NCBI RefSeq assembly: GCF_963921235.1
Contig: NC_086108.1
Location: 67,892,001 to 67,956,000, forward strand
DNA length: 64,000 nucleotides
DNA from: Mobula hypostoma
Taxonomy: Eukaryota
Direction of reading: 5' to 3'
How positions within the stretch are numbered: position 1 is the first letter of the stretch; every line of letters starts with the position of its first letter. The notes beneath the pieces were generated by a model, which was not told the DNA's origin, searched no databases, and saw only the letters and a list, made by a program, of their open reading frames with translations. A program made the position numbers and the translations under genes. Shown in pieces: positions 62,184 to 64,000 of the stretch.

Positions 62184-62874
62184 CATTCATTTCAAGAGGA
62201 CTAGAATATAAGAACAAAGATGTAATACTGAAGCTTTATAATGCATTGGTCAGACCACACTTTGAATATTATGAGCAGTTTTGGCCCCTTCTCTCAGAAA
62301 AGATGTGGAGGTCCAGAGGAGGTTTACGAGAATGATTTTGGGAATGAAAGGAGCTCTGGTCCTGTACTTGATGGAGTTTATAAGAATGAGGAAGGATCTC
62401 ATTGAAACACATTGAATATTGAAAGGCTCTGATAAAGTGGATGCAGAAAGTATGTTTCCTATAGAGGGGGAGTCTCGGATCAGAGGGCACAATGTCAGAA
62501 TAGAGGGACATCCATTTCGAATAGAGATGAGAAAGAATTACTTTAGCCAGAGGGTAGTAAATCTGTGGAATTCGTTCCCATAGATGGCTGTGGAGGCCAA
62601 GTCATTGGGTATATTTCAAGCAGAAGTTGATAGGTTCTTGATTAGTCGAGGTATTAAAGGTTATGGGGAGAAGGCAAAAGAGGGGTTGAGAGGGATAATA
62701 AATAAGCCATGATGGAATGATGGAGCAGGCTTAATAGGTCAAATGGCCTAAATCTGCATCTTTGTCTTATGGTCTAAATCAGATGCATTACAGTATATGC
62801 ACGCACATTCCCAAATTACATATTCATTAGGTGCATAATGCATCAACAGCGCAGTACTGAAAATCACTCGGACA

Positions 62875-63012
62875 CATAAACTCAAGAGATTCTGCAGATA
62901 ATAGAAATCCTGAGCAACATACATAAAATAGGGGAGGAACTCAGCAAGTCAGGCAGCATCTAAGGAGGAAATAAAGAGTGAATATTTGGGCTGAGACCCT
63001 TCATCATGACAC
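62875..63012 (-). mobile_element. Degenerate Penelope-derived short element
   Basis: GGAGGAACTCAGCAAGTCAGGCAGCATC...TTTGGGCTGAGACCCTTCATCA. Confidence 0.7.
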
Positions 63013-63750
63013 TGAGTGTCTTACTACCAGTTACTAAATAACACACACATTTTAAAACATTTGTATTTGTATTCTCCAGTACCATTTTATGGCACTAAGT
63101 TTGACCTAATGCTGTCAAAAGCAGTGCAATCTTTACCAATTCTGAAGGCTCTAGAAATGATATTTAAACGGTCAGTGATACCACTATCCAGACTGCTGCA
63201 TACCGCTCTACAAACTCAGCTTAAGCTGCACACTGTTCTTACTGAAAGCTCATCTTTCTCAACATGATCAAACTCTTTGGTACAAATAAAATTGCCCTAT
63301 TCACCTTATTTCCAACCCTCCACTTCAAAGATGACATGTCAGAAACATTATCCAGAAACATACGTGGACAATGATGCATTTAAATGCTCAGCTCTCAACA
63401 CTTCATCTAGTCAGTCTTCACAAGGTGTGTTACCATCCTTGCAAAGCAATGTCCTTGCAGCCTATGCTGCTGGAAAGTAGTTCTCATTCATACCTTCAAC
63501 TTAATAAATTCTCAAATACAGTTTTATCCACATGTCTGCAGTTTGCACATGATTAAATTCAAGGTCATCCTCAATAACAACTTCCATGCCTGCACTCATT
63601 ACAACGTAGCTGCTCGCTGCTACATCAGGGAGATCATTGAAGTTCTTCAAGACAAAACTTGATCGACTTCATTGTCCCCATAGGAGCAGACAGAAAGACC
63701 AAGGGTATTTGTGTAGCCAGTCATAGATTACACTCTTGTAGCCAACATCA

Positions 63751-63790
63751 ATTACATTACTTACTTACATTACTTACATTACTTACATTA
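63751..63790. repeat. Short (TTAC/ATTAC)n tandem repeat
   Basis: ATTACATTACTTACTTACATTACTTACATTACTTACATTA. Confidence 0.85.
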
Positions 63791-64000
63791 GAACATATTC
63801 AGTAATTGAAAAGAATTACACTGTCTCAATTTGTACTTGGTGCTGAAGCAACTAAGGACCATTGCACAACATAGTTCTGCAAAAGCTGGTAGCTCACATT
63901 ATTCATCATTCTTGCTTAGCCAGGTGCAGCTGCTTCACTAAAAATTAGATCTCAGTGTCTACACCGCTCTGCCAATGCTCTCCAGTATTCAGCAGCAAGA

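Larger units (their letters stand above)
59400..62775 (+). mobile_element. CR1 LINE (59400-59506, 61385-62048, 62182-62775) interrupted by Tigger and Penelope-derived insertions
   Basis: VESLWIELRN...KTLMGVV|Y continues across the Tigger at a TA. Later GDFN, PWLTREVKANIK, and the CR1 3' end TTTGTCTTATGGTCT. Confidence 0.88.

Overview
Eukaryotic, repeat-dominated, non-coding DNA. The repeat inventory (many CR1 and Rex1/Babar LINEs, an L1, Penelope-derived short elements, Gypsy LTRs, Tc1, Tigger) points to a vertebrate, most likely a cartilaginous fish such as a ray; this is inference. No host gene could be identified, and nearly all ORFs in the track are transposon remnants or their antisense shadows. 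The most unusual object is a complete non-autonomous Gypsy LTR element (50761-54656, minus strand, GAAA TSD). It carries a PNMA-like gag, a protease and half an RT, but where the rest of pol should be it has three non-adjacent pieces of a sarcomeric myosin heavy-chain rod fused in one reading frame. Other highlights: about a dozen short Penelope-derived elements carrying a minimal hammerhead-ribozyme motif (two with intact cores, one still attached to the PLE ORF end); a full-length L1 with TSD nested in a CR1; a solo LTR; two CR1 copies sharing the same frameshifting duplication; and several nested insertions. Boundaries of old repeats are approximate, and family assignments rest on motifs recognised by eye, not on database searches.
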